A stretch of 64,000 nt of DNA from Scyliorhinus canicula. Lineage: Eukaryota. Below the pieces are notes generated by a model. That model worked only from the letters and a program-made list of their open reading frames with translations. It was not told the origin of the DNA and ran no database searches. Position numbers and translations under genes: made by a program. Positions 22,901 to 34,900 of the stretch are shown here, piece by piece; the first letter of the stretch is position 1; the number at the start of each line of letters is the position of its first letter. The DNA lies in assembly GCF_902713615.1 (NCBI RefSeq), contig NC_052158.1:5879196-5943195 (forward strand), given 5' to 3'.

Positions 22901-25900
22901 ATTCTCCGTCCGTTCCCGGCAGTGGGATTCTCCGTCCATTCCCGGCAGTGGGATTCTCCGTCTGTTCCCAGCAGTGGGATTCTCTCTCCATTCCCGGCAG
23001 TGGGATTCTCCGTCCGTTGCCGGCAGTGGGATTCTCCGTCCATTCCCGGCAGTGGGATTCTCCGTCCGTTCCCGGCAGTGGGATTCTCTGTCCGTTCCCG
23101 GCAGTGGGATTCTCCGTCCGTTCCCGGCAGTGGGATTCTATCTCCATTCCCGGCAGTGGGATTCTCCGTCCGTTCCCGGCAGTGGGATTCTCTGTCCGTT
23201 CCCGGCAGTGGGATTCTCTGTCAGTTCCCGGCAGTGGGATTCTCCGTCCGTTGCCGGCAGTGGGAATCTCTGTCCGTTCCCGGCAGTGGGATTCTCCGTC
23301 CATTCCCGGCAGTGGGATTCTCCGTCAGTTCCCGGCAGTGGGATTGTCCATCCATTCCCGGCAGTGGGATTCTCCGTCCGTTCCCGGCAGTGGGATTCTC
23401 CGTCCATTCCCGGCAGTGGGATTCTCCGTCTGTTCCCAGCAGTGGGATTCTCTCTCCATTCCCGGCAGTGGGATTCTCCGTCCGTTCCCGGCAGTGGGAT
23501 TCTCCGTCCGTTGCCGGCAGCGGGATTCTCCGTCCATTCCCGGCAGTGGGATTCTCCGGCGTCTGCTGCAGTGAATTTGGAGATTCGGCCGAGCACCAAT
23601 TCTCTGTCATTCCCAGCAGGGGTAATGGTGCGGAATCAGATCGGAGAATCCATGCCCATATTGCCAGTAGTTGGGAGTCACCGATAAGGGGTCAAAGTAA
23701 AAAGAAAGACTGGGCGGGAAATCTACTCACTTTTAACACTAGGTTAAAAAGTGGTTGGACTTTAAAGCCTTCTTTGTGTCCAGTTTACTGAGGTCGATGC
23801 TGTTTAGTCTGAAACAGGCTTCTGGGGCTGGAGAATTCAAGGTTCCGCTTTCGACATGCTCCGCCCCTCCATGGCGGCGTTCTCTGAGACTACGCCGCGC
23901 CTCGTATCGACAGCCTCAGGACATTGCCTGAGACACGCCCCCTAATGCTCCGCCCCCGACAGGCCGTGTTACCGACGGTGTGGGTCTCTCATGGCCTCAC
24001 TCGTCAGGAACTTGGCCTGGTGGCTGCGGACTCAGTCCAATGCCGTCACGGTCGGGGGGATGGCTGATCCGCAGGCAGGGGGGTAACAGGATTTGGAACT
24101 GGGGGCACTGTGGGAGGGTGGTCCCGGGCGAGCCGGTCAAAAGGGGTCTATTTCGCGGCTACGGACCCAGCAAGTCTCCGGGAAGTATCAGCAGCCAGAG
24201 CTGGGTTCTCTTCGCTGTCTGTCCTGCTCGCCCTCAGCAAAACGGAGAATCGGTAGCCGTTTGGTGCCAGTTTGTCTGGCGTAAAACATCACCGTTCCCA
24301 CGCCAGCGTAGGGACATAGCCCTGATGCAGAGGAATTCCAGCCCAGCCAATCATTACTGTTGTCAGATTCTTTCCCGGGATGTGCGAGTTGCTGGTCCAG
24401 CATTCGCTATCCATCTCTAATTGCTCCTTGAATTGTGTCTCTCACTCGGCCATTTCAGAGGGAATTTAGAGTCAACCACATTGCTGTGGGTCTGAACTCA
24501 CAGGTAGGCCAGACCAGGTAAGGACGGCAGATTTCCTTCCCTGATGGACATAAGCGAACCAGATGGGTTTTTACGACAATCCATGATAGGTTCAAGGTCG
24601 CCATCTCTGCCTTTACATTCCAGAGTTTTCGTTTATTATTATTTGAATTTAAATTCCACCCTGGTGGTGGGCTTCGAACCCATGCCCCCAGAGCATTACC
24701 CTGGGTCTCTGGATTACTAGTCCAGTGACACTACCACTTGCCAACATCTCCCGATAACATCCACTGTCTGTCATACAGCCCACCTGAAACTTGGTTTCAC
24801 TTCCCTCAATAAAATGGGCTATCCAGCGACTGTAATGACAGGCAGGGTGACTGTATCCAGCGACTGTAATGACAGGCAGGGTGACTGTATCCAGCCAGTG
24901 TAATAAAGTGACAGGCAGGGTGACTGTATCCAGCCAGTGTAATGACAGGCAGGGTGACTGTATCCAGCCAGTGTAATGACAGGCAGGGTGACTGTATCCA
25001 GCCAGTGTAATGACAGGCAGGGTGACTCTATCCAGCCAGTGTAATGACAGGCAGGGTGACTGTATCCAGCCAGTGTAATGACAGGCAGGGTGACTCTATC
25101 CAGCCAGTGTAATGACAGGCAGGGTGACTGTATCCAGCCAGTGTAATGACAGGCAGGGTGACTGTATCCAGCCAGTGTAATAAAGTGACAGGCAGGGTGA
25201 CTGTATCCAGCCAGTGTAATGACAGGCAGGGTGACTCTATCCAGCCAGTGTAATGACAGGCAGGGTGACTGTATCCAGCCAGTGTAATGACAGGCAGGGT
25301 GACTGTATCCAGCCAGTGTAATGACAGGCAGGGTGACTGTATCCAGCCAGTGTAATGACAGGCAGGGTGACTGTATCCAGCTAGTGTACTGACAGGCAGG
25401 GTGACTCTATCCAGCCAGTGTAATGACAGGCAGGGTGACTGTATCCAGCCAGTGTAATGACAGGCAGGGTGACTCTATCCAGCCAGTGTAATGACAGGCA
25501 GGGTGACTCTATCCAGCCAGTGTAATGACAGGCAGGGTGACTGTATCCAGCCAGTGTAATGACAGGCAGAGTGACTGTATCCAGCCAGTGTAATGACAGG
25601 CAGGGTGACTCTATCCAGCCAGTGTAATGACAGGCAGGGTTACTGTATCCAGCCAGTGTAATGACAGGCAGGGTGACTGTATCCAGCCAGTGTAATGACA
25701 GGCAGGGTGACTCTATCCAGCCAGTGCAATGACAGGCAGGGTGACTGTATCCAGCCAGTGTAATGACAGGCAGGGTGACTGTATCCAGCCAGTGTAATGA
25801 CAGGCAGGGTGACTCTATCCAGCCAGTGTAATGACAGGCAGGGTGACTGTATCCAGCCAGTGTAATGACAGGCAGGGTGACTGTATCCAGCCAGTGTAAT

Positions 25901-28900
25901 GACAGGCAGGGTGACTGTATCCAGCCAGTGTAATGACAGGCAGGGTGACTCTATCCAGCCAGTGTAAAGACAGGCAGGGTGACTGTATCCAGCCAGTGTA
26001 ATGACAGGCAGGGTGACTGTATCCAGCCAGTGTAATGACAGGCAGGGTGACTGTATCCAGCCAGTGTAATGACAGGCAGGGTGACTCTATCCAGCCAGTG
26101 TAATGACAGGCAGGGTGACTGTATCCAGCCAGTGTAATGACAGGCAGGGTGACTCTATCCAGCCAGTGTAATGACAGGCAGGGTGACTGTATCCAGCCAG
26201 TGTAATGACAGGCAGGGTGACTGTATCCAGCCAGTGTAATGACAGGCAGGGTGACTCTATCCAGCCAGTGTAATGACAGGCAGGGTGACTGTATCCAGCC
26301 AGTGTAATGACAGTCGGGGTGACTGTATCCAGCGACTGTAATGACAGGCAGGGTGACTGTATCCAGCCAGTGTAATGACAGGCAGGGTGACTGTATCCAG
26401 CGACTGTAATGACAGGCAGGGTGACTGTATCCAGCCAGTGTAATAAAGTGACAGGCAGGGTGACTGTATCCAGCCAGTGTAATGACAGGCAGGGTGACTC
26501 TATCCAGCCAGTGTAATGACAGGCAGGGTGACTGTATCCAGCCAGTGTAATGACAGGCAGGGTGACTGTATCCAGCCAGTGTAATAAAGTGACAGGCAGG
26601 GTGACTGTATCCAGCCAGTGTAATGACAGGCAGGGTGACTCTATCCAGCCAGTGTAATGACAGGCAGGGTGACTGTATCCAGCCAGTGTAATGACAGGCA
26701 GGGTGACTGTATCCAGCCAGTGTAATGACAGGCAGGGTGACTGTATCCAGCTAGTGTACTGACAGGCAGGGTGACTCTATCCAGCCAGTGTAATGACAGG
26801 CAGGGTGACTGTATCCAGCCAGTGTAATGACAGGCAGGGTGACTCTATCCAGCCAGTGTAATGACAGGCAGGGTGACTCTATCCAGCCAGTGTAATGACA
26901 GGCAGGGTGACTGTATCCAGCCAGTGTAATGACAGGCAGAGTGACTGTATCCAGCCAGTGTAATGACAGGCAGGGTGACTCTATCCAGCCAGTGTAATGA
27001 CAGGCAGGGTTACTGTATCCAGCCAGTGTAATGACAGGCAGGGTGACTGTATCCAGCCAGTGTAATGACAGGCAGGGTGACTCTATCCAGCCAGTGCAAT
27101 GACAGGCAGGGTGACTGTATCCAGCCAGTGTAATGACAGGCAGGGTGACTGTATCCAGCCAGTGTAATGACAGGCAGGGTGACTCTATCCAGCCAGTGTA
27201 ATGACAGGCAGGGTGACTGTATCCAGCCAGTGTAATGACAGGCAGGGTGACTGTATCCAGCCAGTGTAATGACAGGCAGGGTGACTGTATCCAGCCAGTG
27301 TAATGACAGGCAGGGTGACTCTATCCAGCCAGTGTAAAGACAGGCAGGGTGACTGTATCCAGCCAGTGTAATGACAGGCAGGGTGACTGTATCCAGCCAG
27401 TGTAATGACAGGCAGGGTGACTGTATCCAGCCAGTGTAATGACAGGCAGGGTGACTCTATCCAGCCAGTGTAATGACAGGCAGGGTGACTGTATCCAGCC
27501 AGTGTAATGACAGGCAGGGTGACTCTATCCAGCCAGTGTAATGACAGGCAGGGTGACTGTATCCAGCCAGTGTAATGACAGGCAGGGTGACTGTATCCAG
27601 CCAGTGTAATGACAGGCAGGGTGACTCTATCCAGCCAGTGTAATGACAGGCAGGGTGACTGTATCCAGCCAGTGTAATGACAGTCGGGGTGACTGTATCC
27701 AGCCAGTGTAATGACAGGCAGGGTGACTGTATCCAGCCAGTGTAATGACAGGCAGGGTGACTGTATCCAGCCAGTGTAATGACAGGCAGGGTGACTGTAT
27801 CCAGCCAGTGTAATGACAGGCAGGGTGACTGTATCCAGCCAGTGTAATGACAGGCAGGGTGACTCTATCCAGCCAGTGTAATGACAGGCAGGGTGACTGT
27901 ATCCAGCCAGTGTAATGACAGGCAGGGTGACTGTATACAGCCAGTGTAATGACAGGCAGAGTGACTGTATCCAGCCAGTGTAATGACAGGCAGGGTGACT
28001 GTATCCAGCCAGTGTAATGACGGGCAGGGTGACTGTATCCAGCCAGTGTAATGACAAGCAGGGTGACTGTATCCAGCCAGTGTAATGACAGGCAGGGTGA
28101 CTGTATCCAGCCAGTGTAATGACAGGCAGGGTGACTGTATCCAGCCAGTGTAATGACAGGCAGGGTGACTGTATCCAGCCAGTGTAATGACAGGCAGGGT
28201 GACTGTATCCAGCCAGTGTAATGACAGGCAGGGTGACTGTATTCAGCCAGTGTAATGACAGGCAGGGTGACTCTATCCAGCCAGTGTAATGACAGGCAGG
28301 GTGACTATCCAGCGAGTGTAATGACAGGCAGGGTGACTGTATTCAGCCAGTGTAATGACAGGCAGGGTGACTCTATCCAGCCAGTGTAATGACAGGCAGG
28401 GTGACTGTATCCAGCCAGTGTAATGACAGGCAGGGTGACTCTATCCAGCCAGTGTAATGACAGGCAGGGTGACTGTATCCAGCCAGTGTAATGACAGGCA
28501 GGGTGACTCTATCCAGCCAGTGTAATGACAGGCAGGGTGACTGTATCCAGCGACTGTAATGACAGGCAGGGTGACTCTATCCAGCCAGTGTAATGACAGG
28601 CAGGGTGACTGTATCCAGCCAGTGTAATGACAGGCAGGGTGACTGTATCCAGCCAGTGTAATGACAGGCAGGGTGACTCTATCCAGCCAGTGTAATGACA
28701 GGCAGGGTGACTGTATCCAGCCAGTGTAATGACAGGCAGGGTGACTGTATCCAGCCAGTGTAATGACAGGCAGGGTGACTGTATCCAGCCAGTGCAATGA
28801 CAGGCAGGGTGACTCTATCCAGCCAGTGTAATGACAGGCAGGGTGACTGTATGCAGCCAGTGTAATGACAGGCAGGGTGACTGTATCCAGCCAGTGTAAT

Positions 28901-31900
28901 GACAGGCAGGGTGACTGTATCCAGCCAGTGTAATGACAGGCAGGGTGACTGTATCCAGCCAGTGTAATGACAGGCAGGGTGACTGTATCCAGCCAGTGTA
29001 ATGACAGGCAGGGTGACTCTATCCAGCCAGTGTAATGACAGGCAGGGTGACTGTATCCAGCCAGTGTAATGACAGGCAGGGTGACTGTATCCAGCCAGTG
29101 TAATGACAGGCAGGGTGACTGTATCCAGCCAGTGTAATGACAGGCAGGGTGACTGTATCCAGCCAGTGTAATGACAGGCAGGGTGACTCTATCCAGCCAG
29201 TGTAATGACAGGCAGGGTGACTGTATCCAGCCAGTGTAATGACAGGCAGGGTGACTGTATCCAGCCAGTGTAATGACAGGCAGGGTGACTGTATCCAGCC
29301 AGTGTAATGACAGGCAGGGTGACTGTATCCAGCCAGTGTAATGACAGGCAGGGTGACTGTATCCAGCCAGTGTAATGACAGGCAGGGTGACTGTATCCAG
29401 CCAGTGTAATGACAGGCAGGGTGACTGTATCCAGCCAGTGTAATGACAGGCAGGGTGACTGTATCCAGCCAGTGTAATGACAGGCAGGGTGACTGTATCC
29501 AGCCAGTGTAATGACAGGCAGGGTGACTGTATCCAGCCAGTGTAATGACAGGCAGGGTGACTGTATCCAGCCAGTGTAATGACAGGCAGGGTGACTGTAT
29601 CCAGCCAGTGTAATGACAGGCAGGGTGACTCTATCCAGCCAGTGTAATGACAGGCAGGGTGACTCTATCCAGCGAGTGTAATGACAGGCAGGGTGACTGT
29701 ATCCAGCCAGTGTAATGACAGGCAGGGTGACTCTATCCAGCCAGTGTAATGACAGGCAGGGTGACTCTATCCAGCCAGTGTAATGACAGGCAGGGTGACT
29801 CTATCCAGCCAGTGTAATGACAGGCAGGGTGACTGACTGTATCCAGCCAGTGTAATGACAGGCAGGGTGACTGTATCCAGCCAGTGTAATGACAGGCAGG
29901 GTGACTGTATCCAGCCAGTGTAATGACAGGCAGGGTGACTGTATCCAGCCAGTGTAATGACAGTCGGGGTGACTGTATCCAGCCAGTGTAATAACAGGCA
30001 GGGTGACTGTATCCAGCCAGTGTAATGACAGGCAGGGTGACTGTATCCAGCCAGTGTAATGACAGGCAGGGTGACTGTATCCAGCCAGTGTAATGACAGG
30101 CAGGGTGACTCTATCCAGCCAGTGTAATGACAGGCAGGGTGACTGTATCCAGCCAGTGTAATGACAGGCAGGGTGACTGTATACAGCCAGTGTAATGACA
30201 GGCAGAGTGACTGTATCCAGCCAGTGTAATGACAGGCAGGGTGACTGTATCCAGCCAGTGTAATGACAAGCAGGGTGACTGTATCCAGCCAGTGTAATGA
30301 CAGGCAGGGTGACTGTATCCAGCCAGTGTAATGACAGGCAGGGTGACTGTATACAGCCAGTGTAATGACAGGCAGGGTGACTGTATCCAGCCAGTGTAAT
30401 GACAGGCAGGGTGACTGTATCCAGCCAGTGTAATGACAGGCAGCGTGACTGTATCCAGCCAGTGTAATGACAGGCAGGGTGACTGTATTCAGCCAGTGTA
30501 ATGACAGGCAGGGTGACTCTATCCAGCCAGTGTAATGACAGGCAGGGTGACTATCCAGCGAGTGTAATGACAGGCAGGGTGACTGTATTCAGCCAGTGTA
30601 ATGACAAGCAGGGTGACTCTATCCAGCCAGTGTAATGACACGCAGGGTGACTGTATCCAGCCAGTGTAATGACAGGCAGGGTGACTGTATCCAGCCAGTG
30701 TAATGACAGGCAGGGTGACTGTATCCAGCCAGTGTAATGACAGGCAGGGTGACTGTATCCAGCCAGTGTAATGACAGGCAGGGTGACTGTATCCAGCGAG
30801 TGTAATGACAGGCAGGGTGACTGTATCCAGCCAGTGTAATGACAGGCAGGGTGACTGTATCCAGCCAGTGTAATGACAGGCAGGGTGACTGTATCCAGCC
30901 AGTGCAATGACAGGCAGGGTGACTCCATCCAGCCAGTGTAATGACAGGCAGGGTGACTCTATCCAGCCAGTGTAATGACAGGCAGGGTGACTGTATCCAG
31001 CCAGTGTAATGACAGGCAGGGTGACTGTATCCAGCCAGTGTAATGACAGGCAGGGTGACTGTATCCAGCCAGTGTAATGACAGGCAGGGTGACTGTATCC
31101 AGCCAGTGTAATGACAGGCAGGGTGACTCTATCCAGCCAGTGTAATGACAGGCAGGGTGACTGTATCCAGCCAGTGTAATGACAGGCAGGGTGACTGTAT
31201 CCAGCCAGTGTAATGACAGGCAGGGTGACTGTATCCAGCCAGTGTAATGACAGGCAGGGTGACAGTGTCCAGCCAGTGTAATGACAGGCAGGGTGACTGT
31301 ATCCAGCCAGTGTAATGACAGGCAGGGTGACTGTATCCAGCCAGTGTAATGACAGGCAGGGTGACTGTATCCAGCCAGTGTAATGACAGGCAGGGTGACT
31401 GTATCCAGCCAGTGTAATGACAGGCAGGGTGACTCTATCCAGCCAGTGTAATGACAGGCAGGGTGACTGTATCCAGCCAGTGTAATGACAGGCAGGGTGA
31501 CTGTATCCAGCCAGTGTAATGACAGGCAGGGTGACTGTATCCAGCCAGTGTAATGACAGGCAGGGTGACTGTATCCAGCCAGTGTAATGACAAGCAGGGT
31601 GACTGTATCCAGCCAGTGTAATGACAGGCAGGGTGACTCTATCCAGCCAGTGTAATGACAGGCAGGGTGACTGTATCCAGCCAGTGTAATGACAGGCAGG
31701 GTGACTGTATCCAGCCAGTGTAATGACAGGCAGGGTGACTGTATCCAGCCAGTGTAATGACAGGCAGCGTGACTGTATCCAGCCAGTGTAATGACAGGCA
31801 GGGTGACTGTATTCAGCCAGTGTAATGACAGGCAGGGTGACTCTATCCAGCCAGTGTAATGACAGGCAGGGTGACTATCCAGCGAGTGTAATGACAGGCA

Positions 31901-34900
31901 GGGTGACTGTATTCAGCCAGTGTAATGACAGGCAGGGTGACTCTATCCAGCCAGTGTAATGACAGGCAGGGTGACTGTATCCAGCCAGTGTAATGACAGG
32001 CAGGGTGACTGTATCCAGCCAGTGTAATGACAGGCAGGGTGACTGTATCCAGCCAGTGTAATGACAGGCAGGGTGACTGTATCCAGCCAGTGTAATGACA
32101 GGCAGGGTGACTCTATCCAGCCAGTGTAATGACAGACAGGGTGACTGTATCCAGCCAGTGTAATGACAGGCAGGGTGACTGTATCCAGCCAGTGTAATGA
32201 CAGGCAGGGTGACTCTATCCAGCCAGTGTAATGACAGGCAGGGTGACTCTATCCAGCCAGTGTAATGACAGGCAGGGTGACTGTATCCAGCCAGTGTAAT
32301 GACAGGCAGGGTGACTGTATCCAGCCAGTGTAATGACAGGCAGGGTGACTGTATCCAGCCAGTGCAATGACAGGCAGGGTGACTCTATCCAGCCAGTGTA
32401 ATGACAGGCAGGGTGACTGTATCCAGCCAGTGTAATGACAGGCAGGGTGACTGTATCCAGCCAGTGTAATGACAGGCAGGGTGACTGTATCCAGCCAGTG
32501 TAATGACAGGCAGGGTGACTGTATCCAGCCAGTGTAATGACAGGCAGGGTGACTGTATCCAGCCAGTGTAATGACAGGCAGGGTGACTGTATCCAGCCAG
32601 TGTAATGACAGGCAGGGTGACTCTATCCAGCCAGTGTAATGACAGGCAGGGTGACTCTATCCAGCCAGTGTAATGACAGGCAGGGTGACTGTATCCAGCC
32701 AGTGTAATGACAGGCAGGGTGACTGTATCCAGCCAGTGTAATGACAGGCAGGGTGACTGTATCCAGCCAGTGTAATGACAGGCAGGGTGACTGTATCCAG
32801 CCAGTGTAATGACAGGCAGGGTGACTCTATCCAGCCAGTGTAATGACAGGCAGGGTGACTCTATCCAGCCAGTGTAATGACAGGCAGGGTGACTGTATCC
32901 AGCCAGTGTAATGACAGGCAGGGTGACTGTATCCAGCCAGTGTAATGACAGGCAGGGTGACTCTATCCAGCCAGTGTAATGACAGGCAGGGTGACTGTAT
33001 CCAGCCAGTGTAATGACAGGCAGGGTGACTCTATCCAGCCAGTGTAATGACAGGCAGGGTGACTCTATCCAGCCAGTGTAATGACAGGCAGGGTGACTGT
33101 ATCCAGCCAGTGTAATGACAGGCAGGGTGACTGTATCCAGCCAGTGTAATGACAGGCAGGGTGACTGTATCCAGCCAGTGTAATGACAGGCAGGGTGACT
33201 CTATCCAGCCAGTGTAATGACAGGCAGGGTGACTCTATTCAGCCAGTGTAATGACAGGCAGGGTGACTCTATCCAGCCAGTGTAATGACAGGCAGGGTGA
33301 CTCTATCCAGCCAGTGTAATGACAGGCAGGGTGACTGTATCCAGCCAGTGTAATGACAGGCAGGGTGACTGTATCCAGCCAGTGTAATGACAGGCAGGGT
33401 GACTGTATCCAGCCAGTGTAATGACAGGCAGGGTGACTCTATCCAGCCAGTGTAATGACAGGCAGGGTGACTGTATCCAGCCAGTGTAATGACAGGCAGG
33501 GTGACTGTATCCAGCCAGTGTAATGACAGGCAGGGTGACTGTATCCAGCCAGTGTAATGACAGGCAGGGTGACTGTATCCAGCGAGTGTAATGACAGGCA
33601 GGGTGACTCTATCCAGCCAGTGTAATGACAGGCAGGGTGACTGTATCCAGCCAGTGTAATGACAGGCAGGGTGACTGTATCCAGCCAGTGTAATGACAGG
33701 CAGGGTGACTCTATCCAGCCAGTGTAATGACAGGCAGGGTGACTGTATCCAGCCAGTGTAATGACAGGCAGGGTGACTGTATCCAGCCAGTGTAATGACA
33801 GGCAGGGTGACTGTATCCAGCCAGTGTACTGACAGGCAGGGTGACTCTATCCAGCCAGTGTAATGACAGGCAGGGTGACTCTATCCAGCCAGTGTAATGA
33901 CAGGCAGGGTGACTCTATCCAGCCAGTGTAATGACAGGCAGGGTGACTGTATCCAGCCAGTGTAATGACAGGCAGGGTGACTCTATCCAGCCAGTGTAAT
34001 GACAGGCAGGGTGACTGTATCCAGCCAGTGTAATGACAGGCAGGGTGACTGTATCCAGCCAGTGTAATGACAGGCAGGGTGACTGTATCCAGCCAGTGTA
34101 ATGACAGGCAGGGTGACTGTATCCAGCCAGTGTAATGACAGGCAGGGTGACTGTATCCAGCCAGTGTAATGACAGGCAGGGTGACTGTATCCAGCCAGTG
34201 TAATGACAGGCAGGGTGACTCTATCCAGCCAGTGTAATGACAGGCAGGGTGACTGTATCCAGCCAGTGTAATGACAGGCAGGATGACTGTATCCAGCCAG
34301 TGTAATGACAGGCAGGGTGACTGTATCCAGCCAGTGTAATGACAGGCAGGGTGACTGTATCCAGCCAGTGTAATGACAGGCAGGGTGACTGTATCCAGCC
34401 AGTGTAATGACAGGCAGGGTGACTGTATCCAGCCAGTGTAATGACAGGCAGGGTGACTGTATCCAGCCAGTGTAATGACAGGCAGGGTGACTCTATCTGA
34501 TTTCTGCTCTTTTCCCCATGTCCAGGTTCATTTTCAGCGTAAAATAATCGTGTACGAAAGCTCTCAAACTTTCTCACCAGTCCTTCACACAAAGCGGTCA
34601 TTTCACCTGGAGTTTTACGGTGAAGTTTTCTTTAAAAGCATTTGGGGAATCGCAGGTTCCTTAGGGCACCGAAGGAGTCCATTCGGCCCATCGTGTACAC
34701 ACCGGCTCTCCAAATGAGCATCATGGCTTAGTTCCATTCCTCTGCCTTTTTACCCCACACCCCTGCACGTTGTTTATCTTCAAATAATCATCTGAAAAGG
34801 TAATGGTCATGTTGCCGTAATCCCTGATGACCATTGGCTACTTTCCCCTTTGAGGGGGGAGAGCTGACTGGTGGTGATTTAACCTGAGGATCACCCACAC

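Noticed and set aside
13578-23791. ORFs of 2873-3369 aa and many overlapping minus-strand ORFs as protein-coding genes
   Set aside because: They are translations of a stop-free 26-bp tandem repeat, open in all three frames, with non-ATG starts on plus.
24793-24804. IRF/ETS-like motif (minus GGAAGTGAAACC) beside the 34-bp array
   Set aside because: A single short motif 20 kb from the start codon; expected by chance in 64 kb.
24819-34497. CRISPR-like array (34-bp repeats) and ORFs within it
   Set aside because: Units are head-to-tail with no unique spacers, no cas genes, and the context is eukaryotic.
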